Shown here in pieces: positions 18,556 to 28,538 of a stretch of 64,000 nt of DNA (position 1 is the stretch's first letter; every line of letters begins with the position of its first letter). The position numbers and the translations under genes are program-made. The DNA is from a virus. The stretch is taken from positions 1-64,000 of the IMG/VR virus record IMGVR_UViG_3300039191_000589; one strand, written 5' to 3'. Under the pieces are notes generated by a model. That model did no database searches. It saw nothing but the letters and a program-made list of their open reading frames with translations, and was not told the origin of the DNA.

Positions 18556-18816
18556 ATGTGTGAATATAAAATTATTAAGCAAGATAATAGATATTATATT
18601 ACATTTGATGATATAGAATATGTTGTAGATAGTGGGGCATTAGCTCAAACTTTAGGTATGAAAAATGATAAGTTACATAAAATTGCTTGTAATAAATATA
18701 GTGCTATTAAAGAATGGGAATATGCTTTTTATTTTAAAAAACAAAAAGATGCTCAACAAGCTTTAGAATGGATTAGATCAGTATATATAAGTAATCAATT
18801 AAAACAAAGTCAATAA
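18556..18816 (+). CDS. Family P protein
   Basis: YFKKQKDAQQALEWIRSVYISNQL. Confidence 0.8.
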   Translation: MCEYKIIKQDNRYYITFDDIEYVVDSGALAQTLGMKNDKLHKIACNKYSAIKEWEYAFYFKKQKDAQQALEWIRSVYISNQLKQSQ

Positions 18817-18843
18817 TTTTTTTTAAAAAACTATAAAAAACTA

Positions 18844-18961
18844 TTTACAAAGTTATAATAATGTTATATAATATAAATTGTAGTAAAGAAAACATCTCTC
18901 AAGAAAAATTTTAATTTTTTACAAAAAAACTGTTTACATTTTAAATGAGAGATGATATAAT
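18844..18961 (+). promoter_or_regulatory. Tandem sigmaA-type promoters upstream of the AAA ATPase operon
   Basis: TTTACA-17-TATAAT at 18844-18872 and 18933-18961. Confidence 0.7.
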
Positions 18962-19006
18962 ATAATTAACAAATAAATAAATGAAAAGGAAGGGGGATTT
19001 ATTATA

Positions 19007-20446
19007 ATGAATCAACAATTTTTAAAACATGTAGCTGCAACTTATCCTTTATTATGGATTGATACGGCGGAATATGATAGGGCTATTAATTCTTTAAGTG
19101 AATCAATTGATATTTTAGATCATAATTGTGTAAAATGGGATATGGTTAATGGAATTACTGATATGAATGGTGATATTATTGAAAATTCAAATGATGATCC
19201 TATTCAACCATTAGAATATTTAGAAGATAAAGAAGATACAGTAATGTTTATTCAAGATTATCATTTATATCTTGAATCAGAATATATTTGGAGAAAATTA
19301 TTAAATGATAAAAATGATTTACAAAAAAGAGGGAATGTTATTTCAATAGTTTCACCAGTAATGGAAATTCCAGATGAAATTGATAGATATATCACTGTTA
19401 TTGATTTTGAATTACCTAATTATGATAAATTAAAGAATATTGTAGAGGATATTTGTGATGATATGGATATTGAACATCCTGAAAATATTGATGAAATTAT
19501 TAAATCAGGATTAGGATTAACACAATTTGAATTTGAAAATTCTTTATATTTATCAATTTCTAGTTATGGTGAAATTAGACCAAATGTAATTCACAAACAA
19601 AAAGAACAATTAATTAGGAAAAATTCTACATTAGAAATTGAAAAATCAGATCGAGGTTTTGAAAGTTTATATGGATTAAATAATTTAAAATATTTTTCTA
19701 AAAAAATGGCTAATAGTGAGAATGGAAGAGGTATTTTATTAGTAGGGGTTCCTGGTGGAGGTAAATCTCATTTTGCAAGAACACTAGGTAATGAAACTGA
19801 TCGAATTACAATTTCAATGGATTTTGGAAGTATGATGGGATCACTTGTAGGAGAAACAGAAAGAAAAACTAGAGAAGCTTTAAAAATAATTGATGCTATG
19901 GAACCAGCAATTTTATTTGTAGATGAAATTGAAAAAGGATTAGCTGGTGTAACTGGTAGTAATGGTGATTCTGGTACTTCTCAAAGACAAGGTGGTCAAT
20001 TTTTAAGATGGTTATCTGATCATGAATCAGATGTATATGTTGTTGCTACTTCTAATGATATTTCTAAATTACCACCAGAATATTTACGGGCTGAAAGATG
20101 GGATGCAATCTTTTTTGTAGATTTACCAAATCAAGAAGAAAGACAAGGAATATTAGATTTATATAGGAATGAATATAATGTTAATGAAGATGAGGAATGT
20201 CCAAATATTCAAAATTGGACTGGAGCTGAAATAAAAACATTATGTAAATTATCTGATTCTTTAGAAGTTCCTTTAAGTGAAGCTAAGAATTTTGTAACAC
20301 CATTATATAAAACTATGGAAGAAAAAATTAAATCATTACAAGACTGGGCTAAAGATAGAACAATTCCAGCATCAAAAATTGAAGTTGATACTGATAATAG
20401 TAATGAATCTAAAAGAAAAGTGAGTAAAATTACTAGTTTAGGATAA
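19007..20446 (+). CDS. Ycf46-like AAA+ ATPase
   Basis: YPLLWI N-terminus, inactive N-domain, Walker A GVPGGGKS, Walker B LFVDEIEK, VATSN sensor, LPPE.LR..RWD..FFVDLP, GAEI, W...R..PAS tail. Confidence 0.88.
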   Translation: MNQQFLKHVAATYPLLWIDTAEYDRAINSLSESIDILDHNCVKWDMVNGITDMNGDIIENSNDDPIQPLEYLEDKEDTVMFIQDYHLYLESEYIWRKLLNDKNDLQKRGNVISIVSPVMEIPDEIDRYITVIDFELPNYDKLKNIVEDICDDMDIEHPENIDEIIKSGLGLTQFEFENSLYLSISSYGEIRPNVIHKQKEQLIRKNSTLEIEKSDRGFESLYGLNNLKYFSKKMANSENGRGILLVGVPGGGKSHFARTLGNETDRITISMDFGSMMGSLVGETERKTREALKIIDAMEPAILFVDEIEKGLAGVTGSNGDSGTSQRQGGQFLRWLSDHESDVYVVATSNDISKLPPEYLRAERWDAIFFVDLPNQEERQGILDLYRNEYNVNEDEECPNIQNWTGAEIKTLCKLSDSLEVPLSEAKNFVTPLYKTMEEKIKSLQDWAKDRTIPASKIEVDTDNSNESKRKVSKITSLG

Positions 20447-20481
20447 AAATATATTTATAAAAAATAAAGGAGGAATAAAAA

Positions 20482-20838
20482 ATGAGTCATATTGCTACTA
20501 TTGAAACTAAATTTAAAGATAAAAAAGTATTAAAGAAAACTTGTGATCGTTTAGGAATACGTTATGAGAATGTAACTAATTATAAATTTTATGATGGAAC
20601 AAGAAAATCAGGTTTAGCAATTTACTTAAGTGGTTGGAAATATCCTGCAGTTATAACTGATGAAGGAGAAATTTTTTATGATAATTATAATGGTAGTTGG
20701 GGAAGTATTGAAAAATTAAATAAAGTAAAAGATTATTATGGATTAGAAAAAGCTAAAAAAGCAGCTAGATCAAAAGGTTATTCTTATAAAGAAAGAAAAA
20801 ATAAAGATGGGAATTTACAATTAGTAGTAAATGTTTAA
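20482..20838 (+). CDS. DUF1257 (Ycf35-like) protein
   Basis: MSHIATIETK...L...C..LG...YDNYNG.WG...Y......A...GY; immediately after the Ycf46-like ATPase. Confidence 0.75.
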   Translation: MSHIATIETKFKDKKVLKKTCDRLGIRYENVTNYKFYDGTRKSGLAIYLSGWKYPAVITDEGEIFYDNYNGSWGSIEKLNKVKDYYGLEKAKKAARSKGYSYKERKNKDGNLQLVVNV

Positions 20839-20854
20839 AAAGTGAGGGATTAAA

Positions 20855-21250
20855 ATGATAATTAATTGTGTTGCATATTTTAGATGTGAATCAAGAAATA
20901 ATAAAAAAATAAAATCCCAATTAAAAAAAATAGAAGAAAAAAGTAATAATTATATTATAGAATTTGAAAATAATGAATATAAAAATGTTTCAGTTAAATT
21001 TAATAATTCCCAAACAAAAGATAAAGAATATGGTTATTTAATTAGAAATAAATGTGTAGTAAAATTAAATGTTAATTTTAAGTCTAATAATTTAAATAAT
21101 AATATAAAAAGATTTGTACAGTGCCTTATTAATGCTCTTTTAAATGATGTTAATTATTTAAATTGTATAGAAGTTACAATGGGATCTAATAATAATTTAA
21201 GAATTAAAACTAAAAAAGGAAACAAAAGGAAAATATCTATTTTGGGGTGA
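20855..21250 (+). CDS. Hypothetical protein ending in GNKRKISILG
   Basis: Open frame, RBS GAGGGA. Confidence 0.7.
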   Translation: MIINCVAYFRCESRNNKKIKSQLKKIEEKSNNYIIEFENNEYKNVSVKFNNSQTKDKEYGYLIRNKCVVKLNVNFKSNNLNNNIKRFVQCLINALLNDVNYLNCIEVTMGSNNNLRIKTKKGNKRKISILG

Positions 21251-21254
21251 TCTA

Positions 21255-21749
21255 ATGAAGGATATAGAAATAGATTTTTATATAACAGAAGAAAAAGATT
21301 ATAAAAATAAATGTTATTCATTAAAATTTAGACCATATGAATTATGTGATATTAGAGGGAGGACTTATTATGGTGATCATTATAGTAAGCCAAGTTATTA
21401 TCATATAAATGATAACTTACCTCCTTGTTATCATAGTTGTATGTTAAAATTTTTAAAATGTTCTAAAGATACTTTAATTAATTCATTAAACAATAATTCA
21501 AATGCAAGAATATTTGATAATCGTATATATTTTAAAACTATAAAAGATGCAAAACAAGGTATTAAAGTATTACAATCACTTATGATAGCTCAAAATTTTA
21601 TTAGCAGTGATCTTAATGTAGTTAAATTTAAATATAAAGTGTATAAATATAGAGAAATTGATGGAGGATTATTTCAAACATTGTTAGAAATTTTAGATTT
21701 ACGTGATCCTATTGAACAATTAAAAGAGATTGAAACAGGAATTATTTAA
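21255..21749 (+). CDS. Extended family P protein
   Basis: IYFKTIKDAKQGIKVLQSLMIAQ. Confidence 0.7.
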   Translation: MKDIEIDFYITEEKDYKNKCYSLKFRPYELCDIRGRTYYGDHYSKPSYYHINDNLPPCYHSCMLKFLKCSKDTLINSLNNNSNARIFDNRIYFKTIKDAKQGIKVLQSLMIAQNFISSDLNVVKFKYKVYKYREIDGGLFQTLLEILDLRDPIEQLKEIETGII

Positions 21750-21763
21750 AAGGAGGAGATAAA

Positions 21764-21952
21764 ATGGGAGAAGTTATTATTACTTTTAATGATGGTGAAT
21801 CTACAGTTGAAACTAAAGGGATTAAAGGTAAGTCTTGTAAGAAAGCATCTGAATTTATAGAAAAAGGATTAGGAGATAAAAAATCTGATAAAAAAACAAA
21901 AGAATTTTATGAAAAGGAGAGTAATACAAATAAAATAAGGAGAAGGAGATAA
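21764..21952 (+). CDS. DUF2997-like small protein
   Basis: I.F.DGE..VE.KG.KG.SC..A...IE..LG.....T.EFY pattern; typical neighbour of Ycf46/DUF1257. Confidence 0.75.
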   Translation: MGEVIITFNDGESTVETKGIKGKSCKKASEFIEKGLGDKKSDKKTKEFYEKESNTNKIRRRR

Positions 21953-21953
21953 T

Positions 21954-22535
21954 ATGGTAGAAATACAATTTAGATTATATTTTACTTCTAATGATTATAA
22001 TAATGAAGATATTAAAAATAGACTAGAAGATATTAGAGATAAAATGTATTATCGTGATGATATTCAAAGTAGTTTTGAAATTATTGATGTTGAACCAAGT
22101 AATGCTTGGGATGATATTGAATATAAAATTAATTGTTTTTTAGCACTTGATGAACGTCAATATCAAGGAATTGAATTTGATTATGATATGCCAATTAAAC
22201 AAATTATCCGAGATTATATACAACACCATTTAGAAAATGAGAATTTAAGATATTCTTATATGGATCATTTTGAAGCTACTTTACATCCTTTTTATAATAA
22301 TTATGAATTTGATGGGCATAATAGAGTTCGTGCTGGGGCAACTTCTGGGCACACTTATGATTCATGGGGAGATGACCCATGGGAAGATACAAGTAGTGCA
22401 GAAATATGGAAAAAAGAAGAAACATGGAAAAAAGAAGGTGATACAGAAAAAGAAGAATCTAGACCTTATCAGGAAAAAGTAGGTAATAAGAGAAAGATTT
22501 TTATATTAAATAATGAAGAAGAGGAGGATGAATAA
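21954..22535 (+). CDS. Hypothetical acidic protein ending in GNKRKIFIL + acidic tail
   Basis: Open frame, RBS AAGGAG. Confidence 0.7.
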   Translation: MVEIQFRLYFTSNDYNNEDIKNRLEDIRDKMYYRDDIQSSFEIIDVEPSNAWDDIEYKINCFLALDERQYQGIEFDYDMPIKQIIRDYIQHHLENENLRYSYMDHFEATLHPFYNNYEFDGHNRVRAGATSGHTYDSWGDDPWEDTSSAEIWKKEETWKKEGDTEKEESRPYQEKVGNKRKIFILNNEEEEDE

Positions 22536-22856
22536 ATGCCCCCTGATGATTTTGATGCTTTTATGGAGTTCATGTTAAGAGAAGAAGGAATAATAGAAGA
22601 TAGAGAAAGGGAAGAGAATTATGAAGATGATTTAAAAAGATTACAACAACATATTTTTTCAGAAATAATTAATGAAATGCATAAAGATATTCAAAGTGAA
22701 AAAAATGATAAAATTATTAATAATGCAAAAGATTCAAAACAAATAAATAATCAAAAAGAAAAAACTAAAGAAGATAATAGTGAAAAATGTAACACTAAAG
22801 AAACTAATAAAAGGAAAATATTTCTTTTGTCAGAGGAGGTAGATAATAATGAGTAA
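22536..22856 (+). CDS. Hypothetical protein ending in TNKRKIFLL
   Basis: RBS GGAGG. Confidence 0.7.
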   Translation: MPPDDFDAFMEFMLREEGIIEDREREENYEDDLKRLQQHIFSEIINEMHKDIQSEKNDKIINNAKDSKQINNQKEKTKEDNSEKCNTKETNKRKIFLLSEEVDNNE

Positions 22857-23109
22857 AGAAATTGTTATGAATTTTAAAGATGGTATTGTAGAAACATTAT
22901 ATGAAGATGATTTAAATTTAGATCAAATTGGAGAAATGGATATACGTAGAGCATCTCATGTTGAGCCTAATAATAATGGAAAATGGATTGTTGATTTATC
23001 TCCTGTTAATGGTCCTAAATTAGGTCCTTTTAAAAAGAGGAAAGATGCCTTAAAAGCAGAGGTTAAGTGGATAAATAAAAATTACTTTAATAAAAAAAAT
23101 GCCCTTTAA
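22849..23109 (+). CDS. Conserved small protein of Ycf46/DUF1257/DUF2997 neighbourhoods (IRRASHVEP...DLSPV.GP.LGPF type)
   Basis: Motif recognised from memory of similar operons; RBS GGAGG. Confidence 0.65.
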   Translation: MSKEIVMNFKDGIVETLYEDDLNLDQIGEMDIRRASHVEPNNNGKWIVDLSPVNGPKLGPFKKRKDALKAEVKWINKNYFNKKNAL

Positions 23110-23127
23110 AATAGGGTATTTTTTTTA
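23098..23127 (+). terminator. Terminator closing the AAA operon
   Basis: AATGCCCT/AGGGTATT stem followed by T tract. Confidence 0.6.
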
Positions 23128-23142
23128 TTAGGGGGTAATATT

Positions 23143-23451
23143 ATGATTAAAAAAGTTAAACTTAGAGTAAGAAAAACATATACTCTTGAGATTTTTTTTA
23201 TAACTGATAGTTCTTTAAATACTTTTTGTTCAGGGTGGAGTGGTTATTTAATAATTAATATGGATAAAAATAAATATGAAAAAATTATGAGGGATAAATT
23301 TAATGCTAAGAGAAAACCAAATAAAATGTATTTTAAAAACACTAAAGATCTTAATAAGGCAAAACAATGGTTAGAAAAACAATTAACAATGGTAAAATTA
23401 CAAAAGGGTAATTGGGGAAGAACAAGAGATTATTTTGGAAATAAGAATTAA
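23143..23451 (+). CDS. Family P protein
   Basis: KFNAK...YFKNTKDLNKAKQWLEKQLTMVKL. Confidence 0.8.
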   Translation: MIKKVKLRVRKTYTLEIFFITDSSLNTFCSGWSGYLIINMDKNKYEKIMRDKFNAKRKPNKMYFKNTKDLNKAKQWLEKQLTMVKLQKGNWGRTRDYFGNKN

Positions 23452-23568
23452 AAAATAGATTAAATTACAATATATAACTAATAAAATAGTAGAATAAGTT
23501 AAAAAAAATATATATAATAAATATTATATATTATATAAAAGTACATAATCAAATATAGGGGGTTAATA

Positions 23569-24996
23569 ATAAATAAAAATGAAATTAATTTTAGGTTAGG
23601 AAGTTTTGGTGCTGCGGTTCCAATGTTGTTTTTTATATTTTGGGCAATTTTTATTTCCGTTCAAGGAGCTCCTGATACTAATGGGTTGATTGTAGGGGCA
23701 TTAATAGGATTAGTATTAGGTATGTTTTTAGTTAAAGATGAATGGGAAGAATATTGTCAAAAGATATTTGAAGGAATGTCTAAAGATGTTGGGGTAGTAG
23801 CAATTGTAGCATGGTTTTTTGCAGGTACTTTTGCTCAAATCTTACAAGAAGGTGGATTAGTTAGGGGATTGGTTTGGATAGCTAATATAACTAATGTTCA
23901 AGGAGCTTTATTTATAGTTGTTACTTTTTTATTAGCTGCATTATTTTCTACAGCAGTAGGAACTGGTTATGGTACAGTAGTAGCATTTACAACATTAATG
24001 TATCCTGCTGGATTAGTTATGGGAGCACATCCAATTGTTTTATTTGCTAGTATTTTAAGTGGAGCAGCTTTTGGTGATAACTTAGCTCCAGTATCAGATA
24101 CAACAATTGTTTCAGCTGTTACACAAGATACTGATGTCCCTGGGGTAGTTAGGTCAAGATTTAAATATTGTATTATAGCCGCACTTCCAGCAATGGTTTT
24201 ATTATATATTTTTGGTAATACATCAAGTGATATAGCAATGAGTACCACTAAAGCCGCAGAATATATGGCAAATTCTGCTAATCCAAATGGTTTATTATTT
24301 TTAGTTCCTTTTGTTTTAGTAATTTATTTAGCTATGAAAGGTAAACATTTAATTATTTCTTTAACTTGGGGAATTATAACAGCATCTGGTTTAGGGATGT
24401 TAACTGGGTTAATTAATTTACAAGATTTAATATATATTAATGGAACTGAAGGAACAGTTACAGGAGCAGTTGTTTCTGGAGTTATAGGATACGTTCCGAT
24501 GGGTATATTAATACTATTAATTGTTGCCGCTGGTCATATTATGGAAATTGGTGGTACAATGAGAGCATTAAAAAAATGGTTATTGAATAAAATTAAAGAT
24601 AATCCTTCAAAAGCTGAATTATCAATGTGGGGATTAATTGCTAGTTTAAATATGTTTATTACAATTAATACAGCTGCTGAAATTGCTGCAGCACCTTTTG
24701 TTAAAGAGGTTGGAGAAGATTTTGATATTCATCCATATAGAAGAGCTAATTTTTTAGATTCTATTAGTTCAGCATTAGGATATATTTTTCCTTGGAGTGG
24801 AGCAGTATTACTAGGTTATAGCACATTACAAAATTTAGCTACTCAATATGATTTTGTGAATGTAATTTCAACAACAAAAGTTTGGCCTTATGTATTTCAT
24901 GGTTGGTTATTAGTATTGATTATGTTTGTTGCTGCTTTAACTGGGTTTGGTAGAAGATATATTGGAGAAAATGGTGAGCCTGTTAAAAAAAGATAA
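23569..24996 (+). CDS. NhaC-family (IT superfamily) Na+/H+ antiporter or amino-acid transporter
   Basis: Many TM segments; STAVGTGYGT, SGAAFGDNLAPVSDTTIVSA motifs; probable ATA start at 23569 after AGGGGG (track start 23623 has no RBS). Confidence 0.8.
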   Translation: MNKNEINFRLGSFGAAVPMLFFIFWAIFISVQGAPDTNGLIVGALIGLVLGMFLVKDEWEEYCQKIFEGMSKDVGVVAIVAWFFAGTFAQILQEGGLVRGLVWIANITNVQGALFIVVTFLLAALFSTAVGTGYGTVVAFTTLMYPAGLVMGAHPIVLFASILSGAAFGDNLAPVSDTTIVSAVTQDTDVPGVVRSRFKYCIIAALPAMVLLYIFGNTSSDIAMSTTKAAEYMANSANPNGLLFLVPFVLVIYLAMKGKHLIISLTWGIITASGLGMLTGLINLQDLIYINGTEGTVTGAVVSGVIGYVPMGILILLIVAAGHIMEIGGTMRALKKWLLNKIKDNPSKAELSMWGLIASLNMFITINTAAEIAAAPFVKEVGEDFDIHPYRRANFLDSISSALGYIFPWSGAVLLGYSTLQNLATQYDFVNVISTTKVWPYVFHGWLLVLIMFVAALTGFGRRYIGENGEPVKKR

Positions 24997-25001
24997 TTAT
25001 T

Positions 25002-25037
25002 AATATCCTCTAGTAATATTACTAGAGGATATTTTTT
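25002..25037 (+). terminator. Rho-independent terminator
   Basis: AATATCCTCTAGT/ACTAGAGGATATT stem followed by T tract. Confidence 0.75.
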
Positions 25038-25052
25038 AAAAGGAGGAGTAAA

Positions 25053-25328
25053 ATGAGAGGTAAATTTACAATTAATAAAAATAATGATGGATACTATATT
25101 GAATTTATAATTAAAAATAATGGACTTTGTAAATCAGTATATGATTCTGACTCAGGAATTTCTGATATGGTTTTAGAATTATCATTAAAGGAATATAAAA
25201 ATATATTAAGAAAACAGTATAGTGGCCAATTTAAACATGATAGAACATATTTTAAAAATAAAGAACAAGCTGAAGAAGCTAAAAAATGGTTATTATCTAT
25301 GGAAACTATGATGAAATTAGAAAAATAA
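25053..25328 (+). CDS. Family P protein
   Basis: YFKNKEQAEEAKKWLLSMETMMKL. Confidence 0.8.
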   Translation: MRGKFTINKNNDGYYIEFIIKNNGLCKSVYDSDSGISDMVLELSLKEYKNILRKQYSGQFKHDRTYFKNKEQAEEAKKWLLSMETMMKLEK

Positions 25329-25395
25329 ATATTATGGGCTAATTTTTTATTAGCTCATTTTTTTATAAATAATAAAAAAGAAAAGGTGATATTAT

Positions 25396-25683
25396 ATGAA
25401 TAGTAAATACTTTGAAATACGAAGATCAAAAATTCATTGTGGATGTTATTATATTAAAATGAAAATTGGATTTAATTATTATCATAATAATAGTGATACT
25501 AATGATAGAAAAATTGCTAAATATATTGGGGTTACTTTAAAGGAATATATTAATATAATGGTTAATAAATTTAGAGCTATAACAAAGGAGAATGGGATAT
25601 ATTTTCAAAATAAACAAAAAATTAAAAAAGCTATTAATTGGTTAGAATCATTTATAATTTCTCATAAATTACAAGTAAAATAA
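25396..25683 (+). CDS. Family P protein
   Basis: DRKIAKYIGVTLKEY...KKAINWLESFIISHKL. Confidence 0.8.
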   Translation: MNSKYFEIRRSKIHCGCYYIKMKIGFNYYHNNSDTNDRKIAKYIGVTLKEYINIMVNKFRAITKENGIYFQNKQKIKKAINWLESFIISHKLQVK

Positions 25684-25698
25684 AAAGGAGGAAAACAA

Positions 25699-25974
25699 AT
25701 GAAAAATTTTAATAATAAAATAACAATAAAAAAAGAACAACCTGGTTATTGTATAAAACATACTAATTATGGTCATAATTATAGTGAATTAAAAATTACC
25801 ATTAAACTTGATATTTCACTTAAAGAATATAGAGAAAAATTAATTAATCATTTTAATGGTTTTTTATATCATGGCAATGTATATTTTTATACTAAAAATG
25901 ATGCTCAGAGGGTCATAGAATGGTTTAATTCTAAGATATTATTAGACACCATTGGAGAGAATGATGTTGTTTAG
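25699..25974 (+). CDS. Family P protein
   Basis: LDISLKEY...YFYTKNDAQRVIEWFNSKIL. Confidence 0.8.
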   Translation: MKNFNNKITIKKEQPGYCIKHTNYGHNYSELKITIKLDISLKEYREKLINHFNGFLYHGNVYFYTKNDAQRVIEWFNSKILLDTIGENDVV

Positions 25975-26236
25975 AATTGAATCTAATCATTATAATGGTA
26001 ATTATTATATTACTTTATGGGATTATAAGAATAAAACAAATTTTATTAATGATAAGAACATTGCTAAATTAATAAATATATCTTTTGAGAAATATCAAAA
26101 AATTCTTCTTAATCAATTTAATGGTGTTTATAAATTTGATAATAATATTGTTTTTAATAAAGAAAATGATATAAAACAAACAATAGAATGGATTGAATCA
26201 AAAATAATAATGAAAAAAATGAATAAAAGTAATTAA
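25952..26236 (+). CDS. Family P protein (start probably 25961 or 25964)
   Basis: DKNIAKLINIS...FNKENDIKQTIEWIESKIIMKKM. Confidence 0.8.
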   Translation: MERMMLFRIESNHYNGNYYITLWDYKNKTNFINDKNIAKLINISFEKYQKILLNQFNGVYKFDNNIVFNKENDIKQTIEWIESKIIMKKMNKSN

Positions 26237-26258
26237 GCTGCCATTTGGCAGTTTTTTT
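26235..26258 (+). terminator. Rho-independent terminator
   Basis: CTGCCA/TGGCAG stem followed by T7. Confidence 0.75.
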
Positions 26259-26331
26259 ATTTGGTATAATTTTTAGTGTTAATAAAGGTATATAATAAAT
26301 GAAAGAAAATAATAAAAAAAGGAGTGTTAAA

Positions 26332-26616
26332 ATGCAAAATAGGGTTACTAAAAAAATATTAAAAATAGTAAGAACTTATCTTAAAGAAGAAGATATAATT
26401 TTATCTGAATTAGCTAGAAGAAGTGATATTAGTAAATCTTGGTTGAGTAAACTTCAAAATACTGATGCTAATTTATCTGTAGATACAGCTTCAAGATTGT
26501 TAAAAAACATGGGGTATGAATTAATTGTAAGAAAGAGAAGTTCTAAACAATCATCTCAGGATGATATAATGGATATGAGAAATAATAATGTTAAAGATTT
26601 ACGAACTAATTTATAA
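26332..26616 (+). CDS. XRE-family helix-turn-helix protein
   Basis: LSELARRSDISKSWLSKL...NLSVDT..RLL..MGYEL; ATG 26332 after AGGAG. Confidence 0.8.
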   Translation: MQNRVTKKILKIVRTYLKEEDIILSELARRSDISKSWLSKLQNTDANLSVDTASRLLKNMGYELIVRKRSSKQSSQDDIMDMRNNNVKDLRTNL

Positions 26617-26633
26617 TTAAGAGGTGAGAAAAT

Positions 26634-28538
26634 ATGCCTAAATATGTAATTCCATTTAAAGATAAAAATAAATGGGAATCTAAAGATGATTGTTCATTAT
26701 GTAGTCGAATTGATAAAAATTATAATGAAATATTAAATAATGATAATATATCTTATAAGCAAAAACAAATAAATTTTTTAGATAGACATTTATTAATTAG
26801 TGGATATAGTCTTATAGAATTATATGAAAGAAATGGATATGGTATATATAAAAAAGATAAAATAATTGAAGTAAAACAATATAAAAGTGAATCGGATATA
26901 TTTTATAATAAAGTAGAATATTATTTAAACAATAAAAATTATAATGATTTTAATGAGGTTAATATTGATAAACCAGTTTTAATGTATTCAAAATGGTGTA
27001 AAGAATGTGGGAGTAGAAAACCTGATATTTATGATACCGAAAAACGTGATAATTTACCAATGTTAGATATAGTTAATTTTTATACTAAATTACAAAATAA
27101 TAAAGTATATATAACTTGGAAAGATATAGAAGCATTTAGTCGTTATGGTACAAAATTAATAAAAAAGCAAGGATCACCTCCTAAAAATATTAATGATGGT
27201 GAAATATTAATTGATTATACCAATACTGTTAATAGGTATTCTTCATTTCCTTTTGTTGATAAAGATGTAGTTCAAGGGAATTTATATTATTATAAAATAT
27301 ATACATATGATAAATTTAATAAAATAATTAAAGAAAGCAATACACAAGAAGTATATGTACAAACAACTGATTTTTCACCGCCAAATGCTATTAATGATTT
27401 ACAATTAGAACAAGATAGAAAAATTGAAATTATTGATGATAAATATAAAATAAAAGATTATCTTTACATTAATTGGTCTAATCCTCAAAATAAAGATTTA
27501 AATGGGGTATTATTAAAGATGCATGATGAATATGTCCCTACAAAATCTGATGATTATATAACTATTAATGATTATAAGAATGGTGAAAATTTTGAAAAAA
27601 TAAAAATAGATGTAACTAATAAAAGTAAAAATCAATTATATGTTAATAAAAGATATTATTTTAAATTATTTCCTTACGATATAATAAAAAAGAAAAAGGG
27701 TAATTATCAAAATACATATGAAGATTATAGAAATTATAATGATAATAGCATTGCTCAAAGTATAAAATTATTTCCTCATGTTAACAAAGTGAAAAATATT
27801 AGTATTAAAGAAAAAGATCATAAATTATTATTACAATGGGAAGATCCTAATGATGATAAATGGGAATATACTAAAATATTAATAAAAGAAAATAATAAAA
27901 GTTTAACTAAAGATGATGGGGAATTAGTACAGAAAGTTTATCAACATAATAAGTATTCAAATGATTATTTTGTAATTGATAATTTAAAAAATAATGTTGA
28001 ATATAACGTTGCAATTTTCCCAGTAAATTCTGCGGGAATATGTAATGTAAATTTAGATAATCAAATTAAGGGAGTGCCAGGATATTATACTAATGGTTTT
28101 AATTTTGATCTTAATCAAGATTTAAGAGATTACTTTGAATATTTAGGCGCTTGGGAATTATATCAACATAATGAAAGAGGCAATGTAATGAAAAATCCTC
28201 CATTACCTCCAAATTCGGAAAGTATGTGTTATTTTGAATTATTTAAATTAAAATCTGATGATTTAAGATATAATGGTTATTTTGAATTTGATTATAAAAT
28301 TACTACTATTCAAGAAAATAGTTTTTTAAATGTTTATATTAATGAGGAATTAATTGAATCATTTACTTGTGATAATTTATTTAATCCTCATGAGGAATGG
28401 AAAAAAGCTAAAATAAAATTACCAAATAAAGATTATATTAAAATTCAAATTAAATTTGAAACTAGTAATAAAAATGTTGATGATTATGTAATGATTGATG
28501 ATTTACAAATAAAATATAATTCATATGAAGAGGAGTGA
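26634..28538 (+). CDS. Fibronectin type III-repeat protein with a C-terminal beta-sandwich; possibly virion or surface associated
   Basis: Three Fn3-like units (ITWKD..., INWSNP..., LQWEDP...LKNNVEYNVAIFPVN); C-terminal W...IDDLQI pattern. Confidence 0.55.
   Translation: MPKYVIPFKDKNKWESKDDCSLCSRIDKNYNEILNNDNISYKQKQINFLDRHLLISGYSLIELYERNGYGIYKKDKIIEVKQYKSESDIFYNKVEYYLNNKNYNDFNEVNIDKPVLMYSKWCKECGSRKPDIYDTEKRDNLPMLDIVNFYTKLQNNKVYITWKDIEAFSRYGTKLIKKQGSPPKNINDGEILIDYTNTVNRYSSFPFVDKDVVQGNLYYYKIYTYDKFNKIIKESNTQEVYVQTTDFSPPNAINDLQLEQDRKIEIIDDKYKIKDYLYINWSNPQNKDLNGVLLKMHDEYVPTKSDDYITINDYKNGENFEKIKIDVTNKSKNQLYVNKRYYFKLFPYDIIKKKKGNYQNTYEDYRNYNDNSIAQSIKLFPHVNKVKNISIKEKDHKLLLQWEDPNDDKWEYTKILIKENNKSLTKDDGELVQKVYQHNKYSNDYFVIDNLKNNVEYNVAIFPVNSAGICNVNLDNQIKGVPGYYTNGFNFDLNQDLRDYFEYLGAWELYQHNERGNVMKNPPLPPNSESMCYFELFKLKSDDLRYNGYFEFDYKITTIQENSFLNVYINEELIESFTCDNLFNPHEEWKKAKIKLPNKDYIKIQIKFETSNKNVDDYVMIDDLQIKYNSYEEE

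Noticed and set aside
23500-23540. AT-only palindrome upstream of the NhaC gene as an operator
   Set aside because: TATATAATA/TATTATATA is expected by chance in this composition
6681-26236. Diversity-generating retroelement as source of family P variation
   Set aside because: No reverse transcriptase in the window and no template/variable pair differing only at adenines; divergence is spread across whole genes
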